Source of the DNA: Pseudomonadales bacterium
GTDB taxonomy: Bacteria > Pseudomonadota > Gammaproteobacteria > Pseudomonadales > Azotimanducaceae
Direction of reading: 5' to 3'
Length of the DNA stretch: 54,998 nt
NCBI GenBank assembly: GCA_030728785.1
Contig: JANQYP010000051.1
Span: 6,626-61,623, forward strand
Made by a program: the position numbers and the translations under genes. The stretch's first letter is position 1; each line of letters starts with the position of its first letter. The notes beneath the pieces were generated by a model that was not told the origin of the DNA, searched no databases, and saw nothing but the letters and a program-made list of their open reading frames with translations. Shown piece by piece: positions 1 to 10,086 of this stretch.

Positions 1-46
1 TGCGGTCAAGATGTGCGGTCAAGATGTGCGGTCAAGATGTGCGGTA
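1..46. repeat. 13-bp tandem repeat (tgcggtcaagatg x3 plus a partial 4th unit), truncated by the window edge
   Basis: Direct reading: units at 1-13, 14-26 and 27-39, partial unit at 40-46. A second short direct repeat, gcgttaacaag, follows at 52-62 and 65-75. Confidence 0.9.
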
Positions 47-278
47 GCGGCGCGTTAACAAGGTGCGTTAACAAGCAGCGCTTTGAGCCTCTCGTCCAAT
101 CTATCGCCCATTCTTCCGCAGAGCATTTCGCCAAGCGTCTTGTAATTGGGGTGCCTACTCTTGTGGAGCGTGCCCGTCTGAGTGATACATGGTGTGGTCA
201 CTCTGCGACCGGCCGGAAACAATACCATCAGAACATGGAATGTCAAGGGTGCGGGGGTCTGCCTTGCCCTGGCATATC

Positions 279-299
279 TATATAACCTGCTGTTATATA
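279..299. promoter_or_regulatory. Perfect 8-bp inverted repeat tatataac-N5-gttatata in an AT-rich island; candidate operator
   Basis: Seen directly. It lies in the only strongly AT-rich stretch (about 275-345) of the long non-coding region upstream of mdh. Function is unknown. Confidence 0.3.
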
Positions 300-545
300 T
301 AAAAATATCGAATCTTGATAATTGTTCAAGTGCAATCTTGCCGGTAGCAGCGCGGCGTTTCGAGTGACTTGTCGGCGCGACCGCCCTGGGAATTTACTGC
401 GCAAGATCCCGGCACGGGTCATTGATGGTCTGTGTCTGGTCTTTCATGGCCCCGTGCATTGTCCGTGAATAACGGTGTAGCGCAGAGCCGGGTAATTATT
501 ATTGCTCAGGCGGTATAAGACCGACGACAGAGGCTTCGATTTGGG

Positions 546-551
546 TATAAT
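546..551 (+). promoter_or_regulatory. Candidate -10 hexamer (TATAAT) of the mdh promoter
   Basis: Exact TATAAT lies about 40 nt upstream of the preferred mdh ATG (593). No convincing -35 was seen. Confidence 0.3.
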
Positions 552-592
552 TCTTGCCTTTTGCAGTTGCGAGCCACACGAGGGGAATCATT

Positions 593-1570
593 ATGAAAGA
601 GCCAGTACGCGTTGCGGTCACCGGTGCCGCAGGTCAGATCAGTTACTCACTGCTATTTCGCATTGCTGCGGGTGACATGCTCGGCAAAGACCAGCCAGTT
701 ATTCTGCAACTGCTGGAAATTCCGCCGGCCATGGGTGCGCTTAGTGGCGTTGTTATGGAACTTGACGACTGTGCCTTTCCCCTGGTGCAGGGCATTATTG
801 CGACGGATAATCCCGATGTTGCCTTCAAAGACGTGGATTACGCCATGCTGGTAGGTTCGCGGCCGCGGGGCCCGGGTATGGAGCGTAAGGATCTGCTGGA
901 GGCCAATGCGGCAATTTTTTCCGTGCAGGGTAAGTCATTAAACAGCCATGCGAAAAAGACAGTGAAGGTGCTTGTGGTGGGTAACCCCGCCAACACCAAC
1001 AGCCTGATCGCCCAGCGTAATGCGCCGGATATCGACCCGCGTCAGTTCACCGCCATGACTCGCCTGGATCACAACCGGGCACTGACCCAGGTCGCCCAGA
1101 AGACCGGCAAACATGTTACTGATGTTACCGGCCTGGCCATCTGGGGTAACCACTCTGCAACCCAGTATCCTGACCTCTACCATGCCAGGGTCGCAGGCAC
1201 AGAGGCGCTGTCGCTGGTAGACCAGGCCTGGATCGAGGGTGACTTCATTCCAACAGTACAGCAACGTGGCGCGGCGATTATCAAGGCCCGTGGGCTGTCC
1301 AGCGCAGCATCCGCGGCTAATGCGGCGATTGAGCATGTGCGTGACTGGGCTCTGGGTAGCAATGGCGCAACCGTCAGCATGGCTGTCTATGCAGATGGCA
1401 GCTATGGCATTACCAAGGGCCTGATTTATTCATTCCCCTGCACCTGTGCCGACGGCGACTGGAAAATCATCCAGGGCCTTGAGATCAGTGAGTTCAGCCA
1501 AGGCAAGATGGCCGCCACCGAAGCCGAGCTGGTTGAAGAGCGTGACGCCGTAGCCCACCTGCTGCCGTAA
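593..1570 (+). CDS. mdh: malate dehydrogenase (NAD-dependent)
   Basis: ORF 554-1570. The N-terminus [27 protein letters not shown] has a Rossmann motif, and the full length resembles MDH. The ATG at 593, preceded by gagggga, is preferred over the TTG at 554. Confidence 0.95.
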   Translation: MKEPVRVAVTGAAGQISYSLLFRIAAGDMLGKDQPVILQLLEIPPAMGALSGVVMELDDCAFPLVQGIIATDNPDVAFKDVDYAMLVGSRPRGPGMERKDLLEANAAIFSVQGKSLNSHAKKTVKVLVVGNPANTNSLIAQRNAPDIDPRQFTAMTRLDHNRALTQVAQKTGKHVTDVTGLAIWGNHSATQYPDLYHARVAGTEALSLVDQAWIEGDFIPTVQQRGAAIIKARGLSSAASAANAAIEHVRDWALGSNGATVSMAVYADGSYGITKGLIYSFPCTCADGDWKIIQGLEISEFSQGKMAATEAELVEERDAVAHLLP

Positions 1571-1577
1571 GACTGCG

Positions 1578-1602
1578 CCGGGCCAGACCTGTTCTGGCCT
1601 GG
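1578..1602 (+). terminator. Hairpin downstream of mdh (ggccaga-cctgt-tctggcc core)
   Basis: The inverted repeat starts 8 nt after the mdh stop. There is no clear U-tract, so intrinsic terminator status is uncertain. Confidence 0.35.
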
Positions 1603-1664
1603 CATCGCCTGCCGCTTATGGGCGGAAATAGTGGTCCGGCACTCCGGCCTTAATCAGAGGTTCC

Positions 1665-2951
1665 TTAGACAACGGCCTCGCGCGGTATGGCAAGCAGCAC
1701 AACTGCGCTGGTTGGGCCATTGTTTGTAAGTACTTGCTCTCTCGCCAGTCCGCTGATTAAAACACTCTGTTCATTGCCCAGTGCCTGCCCGGCAATACTG
1801 GCTGTGCCTTCAACACCGATTAAAACAGCATAATTTGCCAGCGCCAGCCGGTAACTTGCGGCGCTCGCCAGACGAATGTTGTGCACCTCAAACTCGGGGA
1901 AACAGACGATCTGGTCAACGCTGCAGCCGGGACTGCGGTGAATGGCCAGGGGCTCGGGTGCACCTGGCGTCGCCAGGCTGGCCCGCTGGATGGCGACCTC
2001 ACTGTCCCAGTGGGGCTGGGTTAAAACCTTCTGGCCAAAAGACAGGATAAACCGCTCGTAGTGGGGTGACTGGAACTCAATCACCCGCACGCCGTGCTGC
2101 AGGGAGTGGGGGGTCAGGGGCTGGACCTGGATAACGCTGCCTACGGCCAATTCCTGCAGGCGGGTGAAGCTGTTCATCAACCCGCGGCAGCGCTGCTCCT
2201 CATGGTTTAAGTCGGCATCCAGCTCGGCGCGCCAGGCTTCCAGCAGCGCTGGCGCCACCGGGGCGTCAAGGGCATAGCCATTGGTCAGCCTGACATTGTC
2301 GAGTTCGGCGTCAATGGTGCTGCGAATGGCGCGATAGTCATTGACGGCAGCCAGATAGGCCTGCCGGAATGCCGCCTCAGTGGCAAAGGACTGCAGGCGT
2401 TTGGGGCAGAAGCCATAGCGAATCTGGCCGCGGCCGTCAGGCCAGGCACCGGGATCCACTTGGGTTACCACATAGACCTCGATTTTTTGCTCATGCAGCT
2501 CCAGATACAGATCGCCATAGATCTCTTCCTTGAACGGCGCCAGAATTTTCAGCAGGACCGGATCTCGTTGTCCCGCGCCCAGCAAGCGTGTTGGGTGCAA
2601 GGCAATCAGCCAGGGCAGGGGCGTTCCCTGAATGGCGCAAACGCCTCTGGCCTCAATACCCGTATGCCAGATTTCAGCGCCCCAGGGTTTCGCCACAGTG
2701 ACAGGTTCAAGGCAAAGTGGGGTCATCAGGTCGATGCCGTCGGCGGGCATTTGTGCCGGGTCGGTGGCGATGCGGCAAGACAGGCGACCACCTTGCCATT
2801 GGCAATGGCAAAACAATTGCAGGGGTTGTGGGGCCGGGTCGTAATAAGGCAGGAAGCTGAAGTTGAAGCTCACCTGGGCATCCGTGGCGCTCGCCAGCAG
2901 GTCATCAATGACCTTTGCAGGATCTGTTACTGTGCCGAGGTTTTGGGTCAT
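1665..2951 (-). CDS. Phosphomannose-isomerase-like (type I PMI) cupin protein with a ~90-aa N-terminal extension; function unknown
   Basis: 428-aa ORF. KPWGAEIWHTG, LLKILAPF...LYLELHEQKIEVYVV and LTPHSLQHGVRVIEFQSPHYERF resemble the conserved blocks of bacterial class I PMI-like cupins. Confidence 0.55.
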   Translation of the reverse strand: MTQNLGTVTDPAKVIDDLLASATDAQVSFNFSFLPYYDPAPQPLQLFCHCQWQGGRLSCRIATDPAQMPADGIDLMTPLCLEPVTVAKPWGAEIWHTGIEARGVCAIQGTPLPWLIALHPTRLLGAGQRDPVLLKILAPFKEEIYGDLYLELHEQKIEVYVVTQVDPGAWPDGRGQIRYGFCPKRLQSFATEAAFRQAYLAAVNDYRAIRSTIDAELDNVRLTNGYALDAPVAPALLEAWRAELDADLNHEEQRCRGLMNSFTRLQELAVGSVIQVQPLTPHSLQHGVRVIEFQSPHYERFILSFGQKVLTQPHWDSEVAIQRASLATPGAPEPLAIHRSPGCSVDQIVCFPEFEVHNIRLASAASYRLALANYAVLIGVEGTASIAGQALGNEQSVLISGLAREQVLTNNGPTSAVVLLAIPREAVV

Positions 2952-3208
2952 AGGCTGCTCAAGTGTGACGCCCGGGTTAGACAGGCCCGACCATGTAGTG
3001 GGCGGGCCTGGCCTCTGGGAATGGTAATACGCGGCGAAATAGTGCCATCATCTGCGGCCTCTGAACAGCCTCGCTGGCGATTTAGGCCGGCTGGCGCTTT
3101 CGCGGCGATGGCACACGCCGGCGCAAATACGCATTGCCTCCAGCTCTTAAAGACCTTCTAATAGCCGTTTGGGGATGACACCTACCCCTTAACCTGGCGA
3201 TTAACCTG

Positions 3209-4357
3209 ATGAGCTTGTCCACCCTCCTTGAATCCCCGGTCCGGCCAGTGTCGGACCAGCGTGATGCGGTGTACCGGGAGGCCTTGGTACTGCTGTACCG
3301 CGGCATGCCCAACGCCATGCTCGGGCACATGATTAGCAGTTGTTTTGTGATCTATGCCTTGTGGCCCGTGATGGACAACCAGCACTTGCTGGTCTGGGGT
3401 CTTGTCGTCTGGGCCGTGGCCCTGCTGCGCGGCGCTGGGGCCTGGCGTTTCCTGCGCCTCTGGCCGCACCTGGATATGTTGGCGTTGCCTGCCTGGCAGT
3501 ATGGTTTTGTCCTTATGACCCTGGTGCAGACATCCCTGTGGGGTTCGGTAACGGTGTTCCTGTGGCCAGAAGCGCTAACCTACAGAGCCTTGCTGGTGGC
3601 TGTGCTGATTGGCATTGTCGCCGCTGGCGGAGTGATGCTGGCAGTGCAACGCCAGTCTTTCTGGTTTTATTGCCTGCCTATTGCCGTGCCGGTGATTGTT
3701 GCGTTGCTCCTTGATGGTGGGCGGCTTGAGCGCGTGATGGCGGTGCTGGTGTTGTTGTTCAGTCTGCTGATGCTGGTGTCAGTGAACCGTCTGACGAATA
3801 TCTTTCTGGATGGCCTTGATGTGCGCTTTAAAATGCAGGCGCTGTCGCGCATTGATGCACTGACGGGGCTGCAGAACCGGCGCTGCTTTGATGAATCTTT
3901 CAGTGACACCTGGCACCAGAGTGTCCGAGCCGGCCAGTCCCTTGGGTTATTACTGCTGGATGTGGACTTTTTCAAGCAGTACAACGACCATAGCGGCCAT
4001 CTGCGGGGCGATGAGGCCCTGCGCCAGTTGGCAACAGTGATGCGCAAGGTGGCGAGCAGAAGTACCGATAGCTGCGCTCGAATAGGTGGTGAGGAGTTTG
4101 CGGTGATCGTCCCTGCCACTGACCTGCAGGGCGCACGTCTGGTGGCCGGGCAGATTATTGAGCAGCTGGCGGCTGAGCGCATTGTCCACAGCGGCAGTCC
4201 CTTCGGCGTGCTGACTGTCAGCATTGGGATCAAAGTCGGTGTGCCGAGCCGCCATGACACGCGCGAAAGTTTTATGGGTGCTGCGGACCAGGCTCTTTAC
4301 CGTGCCAAGGCGGCTGGCAGGAACAGAATTGAGATTGCCGCTGATGAGTTTAGTTGA
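3209..4357 (+). CDS. Membrane-anchored diguanylate cyclase (multi-TM N-terminal sensor plus GGDEF domain)
   Basis: Several hydrophobic segments occupy the first ~190 aa. The active-site motif is RIGGEEFAV, and an RSTD (RxxD I-site) lies five residues upstream. Confidence 0.9.
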   Translation: MSLSTLLESPVRPVSDQRDAVYREALVLLYRGMPNAMLGHMISSCFVIYALWPVMDNQHLLVWGLVVWAVALLRGAGAWRFLRLWPHLDMLALPAWQYGFVLMTLVQTSLWGSVTVFLWPEALTYRALLVAVLIGIVAAGGVMLAVQRQSFWFYCLPIAVPVIVALLLDGGRLERVMAVLVLLFSLLMLVSVNRLTNIFLDGLDVRFKMQALSRIDALTGLQNRRCFDESFSDTWHQSVRAGQSLGLLLLDVDFFKQYNDHSGHLRGDEALRQLATVMRKVASRSTDSCARIGGEEFAVIVPATDLQGARLVAGQIIEQLAAERIVHSGSPFGVLTVSIGIKVGVPSRHDTRESFMGAADQALYRAKAAGRNRIEIAADEFS

Positions 4358-4445
4358 GGGCTGATATCGACGTCCGATAACGGCTGGCGAGGGTCTGGCA
4401 GCGGGACTAAGATACGGACCACACATCATTTCAGTTAAACCCGTT

Positions 4446-6017
4446 ATGACCGCTGTCCAGCCTTCCTCAGACCTGTCTGCCGCTGCCCAGGCCTCGGCCG
4501 TCCAGCCGTCAGCCCCGCGGCTCCCTGCCAGTCGCCAGGCGCTGGAAATTGCCCGCCAGGCCCGCGACCCCAGATTTGACGGGCGGTTTTTTATCGGTGT
4601 GACCACTACCGGTATCTACTGCCGGCCTGTCTGTCGTGTGCGCCTGCCGAAACCGGAAAATGTCGAATTCTATCCCTCGGCTGCCGCGGCTGGCGCTGCG
4701 GGCTTCAGGCCTTGTCTGCGCTGTCGTCCGGAGGCGGCGCCAGGCACGCCAGCCTGGTCGGGTACCAGCACCACCGTCAGTCGTGGTTTAAAGCTGATCG
4801 GCGCGGGTGCGCTGGACGGAGCCGGGGTTGAAGCCCTAAGCATCCGCCTGGGTGTCAGCTCCCGCCACCTGAGTCGACTGTTTCAGCAGCACCTGGGGGC
4901 ATCACCCATTGCCGTAGCCCAGACCCGGCGCCTGCAGATTGCCAGGACCCTGCTGGACCAGACGCCGCTGGAGATCACCCAGATTGCGCTGTTGGCGGGC
5001 TATGGCAGTGTTCGGCGTTTTAATGCGCATTTCCTACAGGTCTACCGGCGTCCGCCAGCAGCCCAGCGGCGCGCTGCCAGAGCACCGGGGGCAGAGGGTT
5101 TCAGCCTGCGCCTGGCTTATCGACCGCCGTTTGACTTCGCCGGGATTCTGGCCTTTCTGGCCATGCGTGCCATCCCGGGTGTGGAGCATGTGGACAGTAC
5201 ACGTTATGCCCGCAGCATTGTCGTGGATGGCGAGCCTGGCTACGTTTCGGTGACTAACGACAACCTGGACCATACGCTGGTTTGTAATATCAAGTTGGCC
5301 AACCCAGCAGGCCTGATGCGGGCAGGGCAGCGTATCAGGGCATTGTTTGACCTGAATGCCGACCCGCTGGACGTTAATCAATGCCTGCAGCAAGATCCCT
5401 TGCTGGCGCCGCTGCTTGCCGACAATCCTGGCCAGCGTGTGCCTGGCGGCTGGGACCCCTTTGAGATTGCAGTGCGCGCCATTGTTGGCCAGCAAATTTC
5501 TGTTAAAGGTGCCACAACAGTGATGGGGCAGCTGGCACGAGATTACGGCGTTGTTGTTGATGGAGTGCTGTATTTTCCCACCCCGGCCCAGTTGGCGCAG
5601 TTGGTGCCGGCAGATATGCCCATGCCCCAGGCTCGGGCCAGGGCAATCCAGGCCTTGGCGCTGGCAGTAGCAAACGGCGAGATTAACTTTGCGGCGTTTA
5701 ATGATGCCCAAGAGCTTGTTGATGTCTTAACTCGCATCAAAGGTATTGGTGGCTGGACGGCGCGTTATGTGGCCATGCGTGCCCTGAACGACCCTGATGC
5801 GTTCCTGCATGACGACCTGGTGCTGGTGCGGGTTGCCCGCCAGTACCTTGGCCTGGCCGACAGCCAGGCGCTGCTGGCGCACTCCCTGCGCTGGCAGCCC
5901 TGGCGCGCCTATGCTGGCATGCATCTGTGGCGCCATGCCAGCACTGTGCCAAAGGTGCTGGCCACTGCTAACTCGCCAGCAAGAATGGCAGGAAAAAACC
6001 GCGTAAAGCCGGTTTAA
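4446..6017 (+). CDS. Ada-type Zn-finger/AraC regulator fused to an AlkA-type DNA-3-methyladenine glycosylase II
   Basis: Four-Cys methylphosphotriester acceptor motif (GIYCRPVCR...FRPCLRCRP), AraC-type HTH region (ITQIALLAGYGSVRRFNAHF) and a C-terminal HhH-GPD-like region (RIKGIGGWTARYVAMRAL). Confidence 0.85.
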   Translation: MTAVQPSSDLSAAAQASAVQPSAPRLPASRQALEIARQARDPRFDGRFFIGVTTTGIYCRPVCRVRLPKPENVEFYPSAAAAGAAGFRPCLRCRPEAAPGTPAWSGTSTTVSRGLKLIGAGALDGAGVEALSIRLGVSSRHLSRLFQQHLGASPIAVAQTRRLQIARTLLDQTPLEITQIALLAGYGSVRRFNAHFLQVYRRPPAAQRRAARAPGAEGFSLRLAYRPPFDFAGILAFLAMRAIPGVEHVDSTRYARSIVVDGEPGYVSVTNDNLDHTLVCNIKLANPAGLMRAGQRIRALFDLNADPLDVNQCLQQDPLLAPLLADNPGQRVPGGWDPFEIAVRAIVGQQISVKGATTVMGQLARDYGVVVDGVLYFPTPAQLAQLVPADMPMPQARARAIQALALAVANGEINFAAFNDAQELVDVLTRIKGIGGWTARYVAMRALNDPDAFLHDDLVLVRVARQYLGLADSQALLAHSLRWQPWRAYAGMHLWRHASTVPKVLATANSPARMAGKNRVKPV

Positions 6018-6043
6018 AAACATCAATAACAGGAGTCTCGCTC

Positions 6044-6523
6044 ATGCAGTACCGTTATATCAACAGCCCCCTGGGGCCGCTGTTGTTGGCCGGCGAAGCT
6101 GAAATTTTGCACTTTATTGGTTTTCCGCAGGGCCGACCCATGACGCCGGCAGTGGACTGGCAACAGGATGATGGTGTCTGCGCCATCGCAGCCCAGCAAT
6201 TGGCGGAATATTTTGCCGGTCAACGCCAGGTGTTTGACCTGCAACTGAGGCCCACGGGGACAACCTTCCAGCTGGCAGTGCTCGACGCGCTGCAGCAGAT
6301 TCCTTACGGCCAGACCTGCAGCTACGGTGATGTGGCCAAAACAATCGCCAGGCCGCGGGCGGTGCGGGCAGTGGGTGCCGCCAACGGTCGCAATCCGTTA
6401 CCCATTGTGATTCCCTGCCATCGTGTGATCGGCGCCAATGGCAGTCTCACGGGGTTTGGTGGTGGCATGCAGGCCAAACAATGGCTCCTCACGCTGGAAA
6501 GTCGTCAGGCGCCGCTGCTCTGA
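6044..6523 (+). CDS. ogt: methylated-DNA--protein-cysteine methyltransferase
   Basis: 159 aa with the PCHRV active-site motif (IPCHRVIGANGSLTGFGGG). It starts 27 nt after the Ada/AlkA stop. Confidence 0.92.
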   Translation: MQYRYINSPLGPLLLAGEAEILHFIGFPQGRPMTPAVDWQQDDGVCAIAAQQLAEYFAGQRQVFDLQLRPTGTTFQLAVLDALQQIPYGQTCSYGDVAKTIARPRAVRAVGAANGRNPLPIVIPCHRVIGANGSLTGFGGGMQAKQWLLTLESRQAPLL

Positions 6524-6529
6524 GTTGCC

Positions 6530-7816
6530 TCAGGTGTGGCCGACAAGCTGTTGCAGGGTCGCAAAGTAGTTGGGAAAGGTCTTGGCCACACAGTCAGGAT
6601 CGTTGATGGTGATCACGGCATCACCCATGGCCGCCAGGGAAAAACACATGGCCATCCGATGATCGCCATAGGTGTCGATGGTGGCGTCGCGCAGCTGCGC
6701 CGGTGGGGTGATGACAATATAGTCAGCGCCGGTCTCGACAACAGCGCCGAGTTTGCGTAATTCCGTGGCCATGGCGGTCATGCGGTCAGTTTCCTTGACG
6801 CGCCAGTTATAGATGTTTCTGATCCGGCTGGTGCCGTCGGCAAACAACGCCAGCATGGCAACGGTCATGGCGGCGTCGGGGATATGGTTCAGGTCCAGGT
6901 CAATGGCGCGCAGCTCGCCGCGGCTGACTTCGATCCAGGTGTCGTTGCGGTTGACCCTGGCCCCCATCTGTTCAATGACATCGAGAAAGGCAATGTCGCC
7001 CTGCACTGAGTTGGCTCCCAGGCCATTGACCCTGACAGTGCCACCCTTGATGGCGGCGGCGGCAAAAAAGTAAGAGGCGGATGATGCATCCCCTTCAATA
7101 AGGTAGTCGCCTGGAGAAACATACTGCTGCTGGCCGCTGACATTAAACACCTTGTAGTTGTCGTGGCTGGCTGTGACACCAAAGTCCTGCATGATTTTCA
7201 GGGTGATATCCAGATAGGGTTTGGACACCTGCTCACCAATAACATGGATCACACTGGCGTTTTCTGCCAGGGGCAGGCTCATCAGCAAGGCCGTCAGGTA
7301 CTGGCTGGAAATATTGCCCTTGATGTCGACCTGGCCGCCGCGAATGCGCCCGCCGTCGAGGCGAATGGGTGGGCAGCCGGGTTTGCCAAGATAGGTGACC
7401 GACGCGCCCAGTTGCCGCAGGGCATCAACCAGGTGGTCGAGGGGACGTTCGCGCATATATTCATCACCGTCAATGACAAAGCTGCCCGAACACAGTGCCA
7501 ACATGCTGGTGAGGGGGCGGATAGCGGTGCCGGCATTGCCAAGGAAAAATTGCGTAGCGTCGAGCGGTGCGAAAAGCCGCCCCAGACCCTCGACGACGCA
7601 GGTCTTGCCGTCCTTGCTGAAGGTCACCGGAACATGCAGTTGGTGCAGAGTGTCGAGCATTCTGGCGGTGTCGTCGCTGGCCAGCAGGTTATGCAGGGTG
7701 GTTTTGCCCTTGGCCAGGGCCGCCAGCAGCAGGGCCCGGTTGGACAGGCTTTTTGAGCCAGGCAGATTAATGTCGCCAACAATCTGGGTGATTGGCCGGA
7801 GTTGTAATTGTTTCAT
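6530..7816 (-). CDS. aroA: 3-phosphoshikimate 1-carboxyvinyltransferase (EPSP synthase)
   Basis: 428 aa. [33 protein letters not shown] and full-length AroA-like sequence. Its ATG shares one nucleotide with the syd stop codon. Confidence 0.95.
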   Translation of the reverse strand: MKQLQLRPITQIVGDINLPGSKSLSNRALLLAALAKGKTTLHNLLASDDTARMLDTLHQLHVPVTFSKDGKTCVVEGLGRLFAPLDATQFFLGNAGTAIRPLTSMLALCSGSFVIDGDEYMRERPLDHLVDALRQLGASVTYLGKPGCPPIRLDGGRIRGGQVDIKGNISSQYLTALLMSLPLAENASVIHVIGEQVSKPYLDITLKIMQDFGVTASHDNYKVFNVSGQQQYVSPGDYLIEGDASSASYFFAAAAIKGGTVRVNGLGANSVQGDIAFLDVIEQMGARVNRNDTWIEVSRGELRAIDLDLNHIPDAAMTVAMLALFADGTSRIRNIYNWRVKETDRMTAMATELRKLGAVVETGADYIVITPPAQLRDATIDTYGDHRMAMCFSLAAMGDAVITINDPDCVAKTFPNYFATLQQLVGHT

Positions 7817-8376
7817 CAGTGCAGTCCGGGGCTAGAGGTGGCCGGGGTCAGTTGGTCGAGAAAGGTCGCGATGTTGGCGGCGACGCTGCGTCGCGGCGCC
7901 TTGCCGGGCTCTTCCAGCATGACCCTGCCGGTGCGGTTGTCGATGCTCAGGAACAGCTCCGAGTCAGGGTCTGTGGTGGCAAAAAACACCGTATAGTCAA
8001 GTTTGGCCCGCCGCTGAACGAGAGTATGACCCACCAGATTTTCGATTAATCGGTCAAAGTCTGCCGGGTTCCAGAGTTGAATCAGGCTGACATGACCGGC
8101 GTCGGTCGTGGCCTCAAGGCTGCCGCCCCAGAAGCTGCCAAAGTAGGCGTAAATATCAGGATGAACGGGTTGTTCGAGGGCGTTGGCGAGACCATCAAAA
8201 CTCACCGGCGATGCCTGGGGCACTGGTCGCCAGCTGATTTCATCGGCTTCGCGGTGGTTGTTGAGTTCGCAGGGCGAGCGCCAGTCCGCATCAAACGGTG
8301 TCCAGAAACAGCCGTCGTCGGTCTCGGCCAGGGCGCGCTCAATAAAGTCCTGCAGGGCGCTTTTAACGGTCTTCAT
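7816..8376 (-). CDS. syd: SecY-interacting protein Syd
   Basis: [29 protein letters not shown]...[10 protein letters not shown] aligns by eye with E. coli Syd. The start was moved to MKTVKSAL (8376) from the longer ORF start at 8421. Confidence 0.8.
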   Translation of the reverse strand: MKTVKSALQDFIERALAETDDGCFWTPFDADWRSPCELNNHREADEISWRPVPQASPVSFDGLANALEQPVHPDIYAYFGSFWGGSLEATTDAGHVSLIQLWNPADFDRLIENLVGHTLVQRRAKLDYTVFFATTDPDSELFLSIDNRTGRVMLEEPGKAPRRSVAANIATFLDQLTPATSSPGLH

Positions 8377-8463
8377 AGGGTTCCAGGTGCTTGCCCGTGA
8401 TGGTCCAGCATCATACCCCAAGGCGGGTGGCTTGGCTTGCCCTGAACCGGCAATTTGTTGGTC

Positions 8464-8949
8464 TCAGTCGCGCGACTCGCGGTCACCATGGCGACCGGGG
8501 CGGTGCAGGAAAGTTGCGACCCGGGCGCGCTCTGCTGGCGAGAGCTGCGGGAGAATTACCAGCATTTCCTGATGCATGGTGTGCTGAAAGGCCGCGGACG
8601 CGGCTTGCAGCTGTTTAAGGGACGCTGCCAGTTCGGCCTCGTTCAGGGGTTCGGTTAACAGCGCCTGGCGAAATGCCCGTTGTGCCTGGCGCATTTCTTT
8701 GCGCAGGGGCATGGCCTTGCGGGCGTGCTCCGCAAGCAGTGGTCTGAATTGTTTGCGGGTGTCAGTGTCCAGGTCGCGAATAATCCAGCCCAGATGATGG
8801 GGCATGGGGCCTGGCAGCGGCCCCATCAGGACGCGGCCCAGCACTGCGCCAGCCACGAGCAGATTGACCGCCACTGAGATAATCAGGGCAATAACCAGTC
8901 CGCGGCGCGGCCTGGCGGCAGGACTGCTGGTGCTGACTGAGTTGGTCAT
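8464..8949 (-). CDS. Periplasmic heavy-metal-sensor / Spy-CpxP-ZraP-like helical protein with an N-terminal anchor
   Basis: 161 aa with a TM/signal segment (LVIALIISVAVNLLVAGAVLG) followed by helical LTxxQ-like repeats (LKQLQAASAAFQ, LSPAERARV). ATGA overlap with the upstream gene. Confidence 0.6.
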   Translation of the reverse strand: MTNSVSTSSPAARPRRGLVIALIISVAVNLLVAGAVLGRVLMGPLPGPMPHHLGWIIRDLDTDTRKQFRPLLAEHARKAMPLRKEMRQAQRAFRQALLTEPLNEAELAASLKQLQAASAAFQHTMHQEMLVILPQLSPAERARVATFLHRPGRHGDRESRD

Positions 8950-9506
8950 GGCATGGTCTCCGTGGCATCTGGGACCAGGGCCAGCAGAGTGACCTCGTCT
9001 TCCCAGGTATCCGTATAGTCGAGCTCGTCGAGTTGCAGGTTGCCGCCAATCAGCAAACCCGCGATGAGTGGCAAGGCCGCAAGCAACGCTGGTCTCCAGA
9101 TGAAGGCTGGCTGCGGTTGGGCCGGCAGCAACCAGGCGATGAAGTGATCCAGAGTACCGGCCAGCAGCGCAACAAGGCCGGCCAAGGCTGGTCGCGGCTG
9201 CCGGGCCTGAGCCGTTGGGGCGGTCGCCGAGTTGTTGCTCGCCTGCTGGTTGATATTGGCCAGCTGTTCAATGGTTGCCACCTGGGCCAGCAGGGTCGCC
9301 TCAAGGCGACTCAGGTTAAGCTCCTCGCCGGCTGCCAGGGTCTGCGTGTGAAGATACTTGTCTAGTCCACTGTGCTGCTCCAACAGTTGCCTGGCTGTGC
9401 TGTGTGCAGCAGCAAACCGGCTGGCCGCAGCGCGTTCGTCTGCTGGCCAATGGCCAGGCTGGCTGCCGTAAGCTTCGATAATGCGGGTAAACCTAGTCAA
9501 GTCCAT
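8946..9506 (-). CDS. Putative membrane anti-sigma factor cognate to the adjacent ECF sigma
   Basis: Immediately downstream of the ECF sigma gene and overlapping it. Cytoplasmic N-terminal helix (MDLTRFTRIIEAYGS...) and C-terminal TM segments. The start at 9506 was chosen over 9569. Assignment is by position only. Confidence 0.5.
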   Translation of the reverse strand: MDLTRFTRIIEAYGSQPGHWPADERAAASRFAAAHSTARQLLEQHSGLDKYLHTQTLAAGEELNLSRLEATLLAQVATIEQLANINQQASNNSATAPTAQARQPRPALAGLVALLAGTLDHFIAWLLPAQPQPAFIWRPALLAALPLIAGLLIGGNLQLDELDYTDTWEDEVTLLALVPDATETMP

Positions 9507-10041
9507 GGGGTTTTTCCAAGGTTGAGCGCAGCCTCCGACGGGCGCGGGCCAGCAGGGATTCGAGGGCATCTACTGATATTTCGAGCACGGCCGCGGCCTC
9601 TTTGTTTGACAGTTCCTGAAAGTGGCAGAGAAGCAGCGCGCTGCGCTGGCGCTCAGGCAAGTCCAGCAGGGCCAGCCTGACATCCTTTTGCAGAATGTCG
9701 CTGCGGTGTTCAGCATCTGGTTCACTGCCGCCACTTTCGTCTTTGGAATGCGCTTCAAAGTCCAGTGGTTGCTGTTTGCGAAAATAATCAATACACAGGT
9801 TGTGGGCAATTTTGTGCAACCAGGTGGAGACCTGCGCCAGCGCCGGGTCGTAGCGCTGGGCCTGAGTCCAGAGGCGCAAAAAGACCTCCTGCACAATATC
9901 TTCGGTTTCGGCGGCCTGGCCCAGCATACGGGCGACGTAGCGACTGACGGCAGGCAGTTGGCGTTGCAGCAGCTGCCGGTAGGCATCCCGGCAGCCGTGC
10001 GCAACCTGTGTGATCAGTTCCTTGTCGCTGACCTCATACAA
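9493..10041 (-). CDS. RNA polymerase ECF-type sigma-70 factor
   Basis: 182 aa. Region 2 (DIVQEVFLRLW...WLHKIAHNLCIDYFRK) and region 4 (LPERQRSALLLCHFQELSNKEAAAVLEISVDALESLLARARRRL). Apparent TTG start. Confidence 0.9.
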   Translation of the reverse strand: MYEVSDKELITQVAHGCRDAYRQLLQRQLPAVSRYVARMLGQAAETEDIVQEVFLRLWTQAQRYDPALAQVSTWLHKIAHNLCIDYFRKQQPLDFEAHSKDESGGSEPDAEHRSDILQKDVRLALLDLPERQRSALLLCHFQELSNKEAAAVLEISVDALESLLARARRRLRSTLEKPHGLD

Positions 10042-10086
10042 TTACGCTGCCATCCATGGTCGCCTCGCACTCAGCCGCCTGCTGGC

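Noticed and set aside
13-285. A 90-aa ORF (open from the window edge) and the antisense 63-aa ORF at 55-246 in the region upstream of mdh.
   Set aside because: The translation is Cys/Arg-rich with no recognisable domain, and it begins inside a 13-bp tandem repeat. I cannot exclude the 3' end of a gene truncated by the window edge, but nothing supports it.
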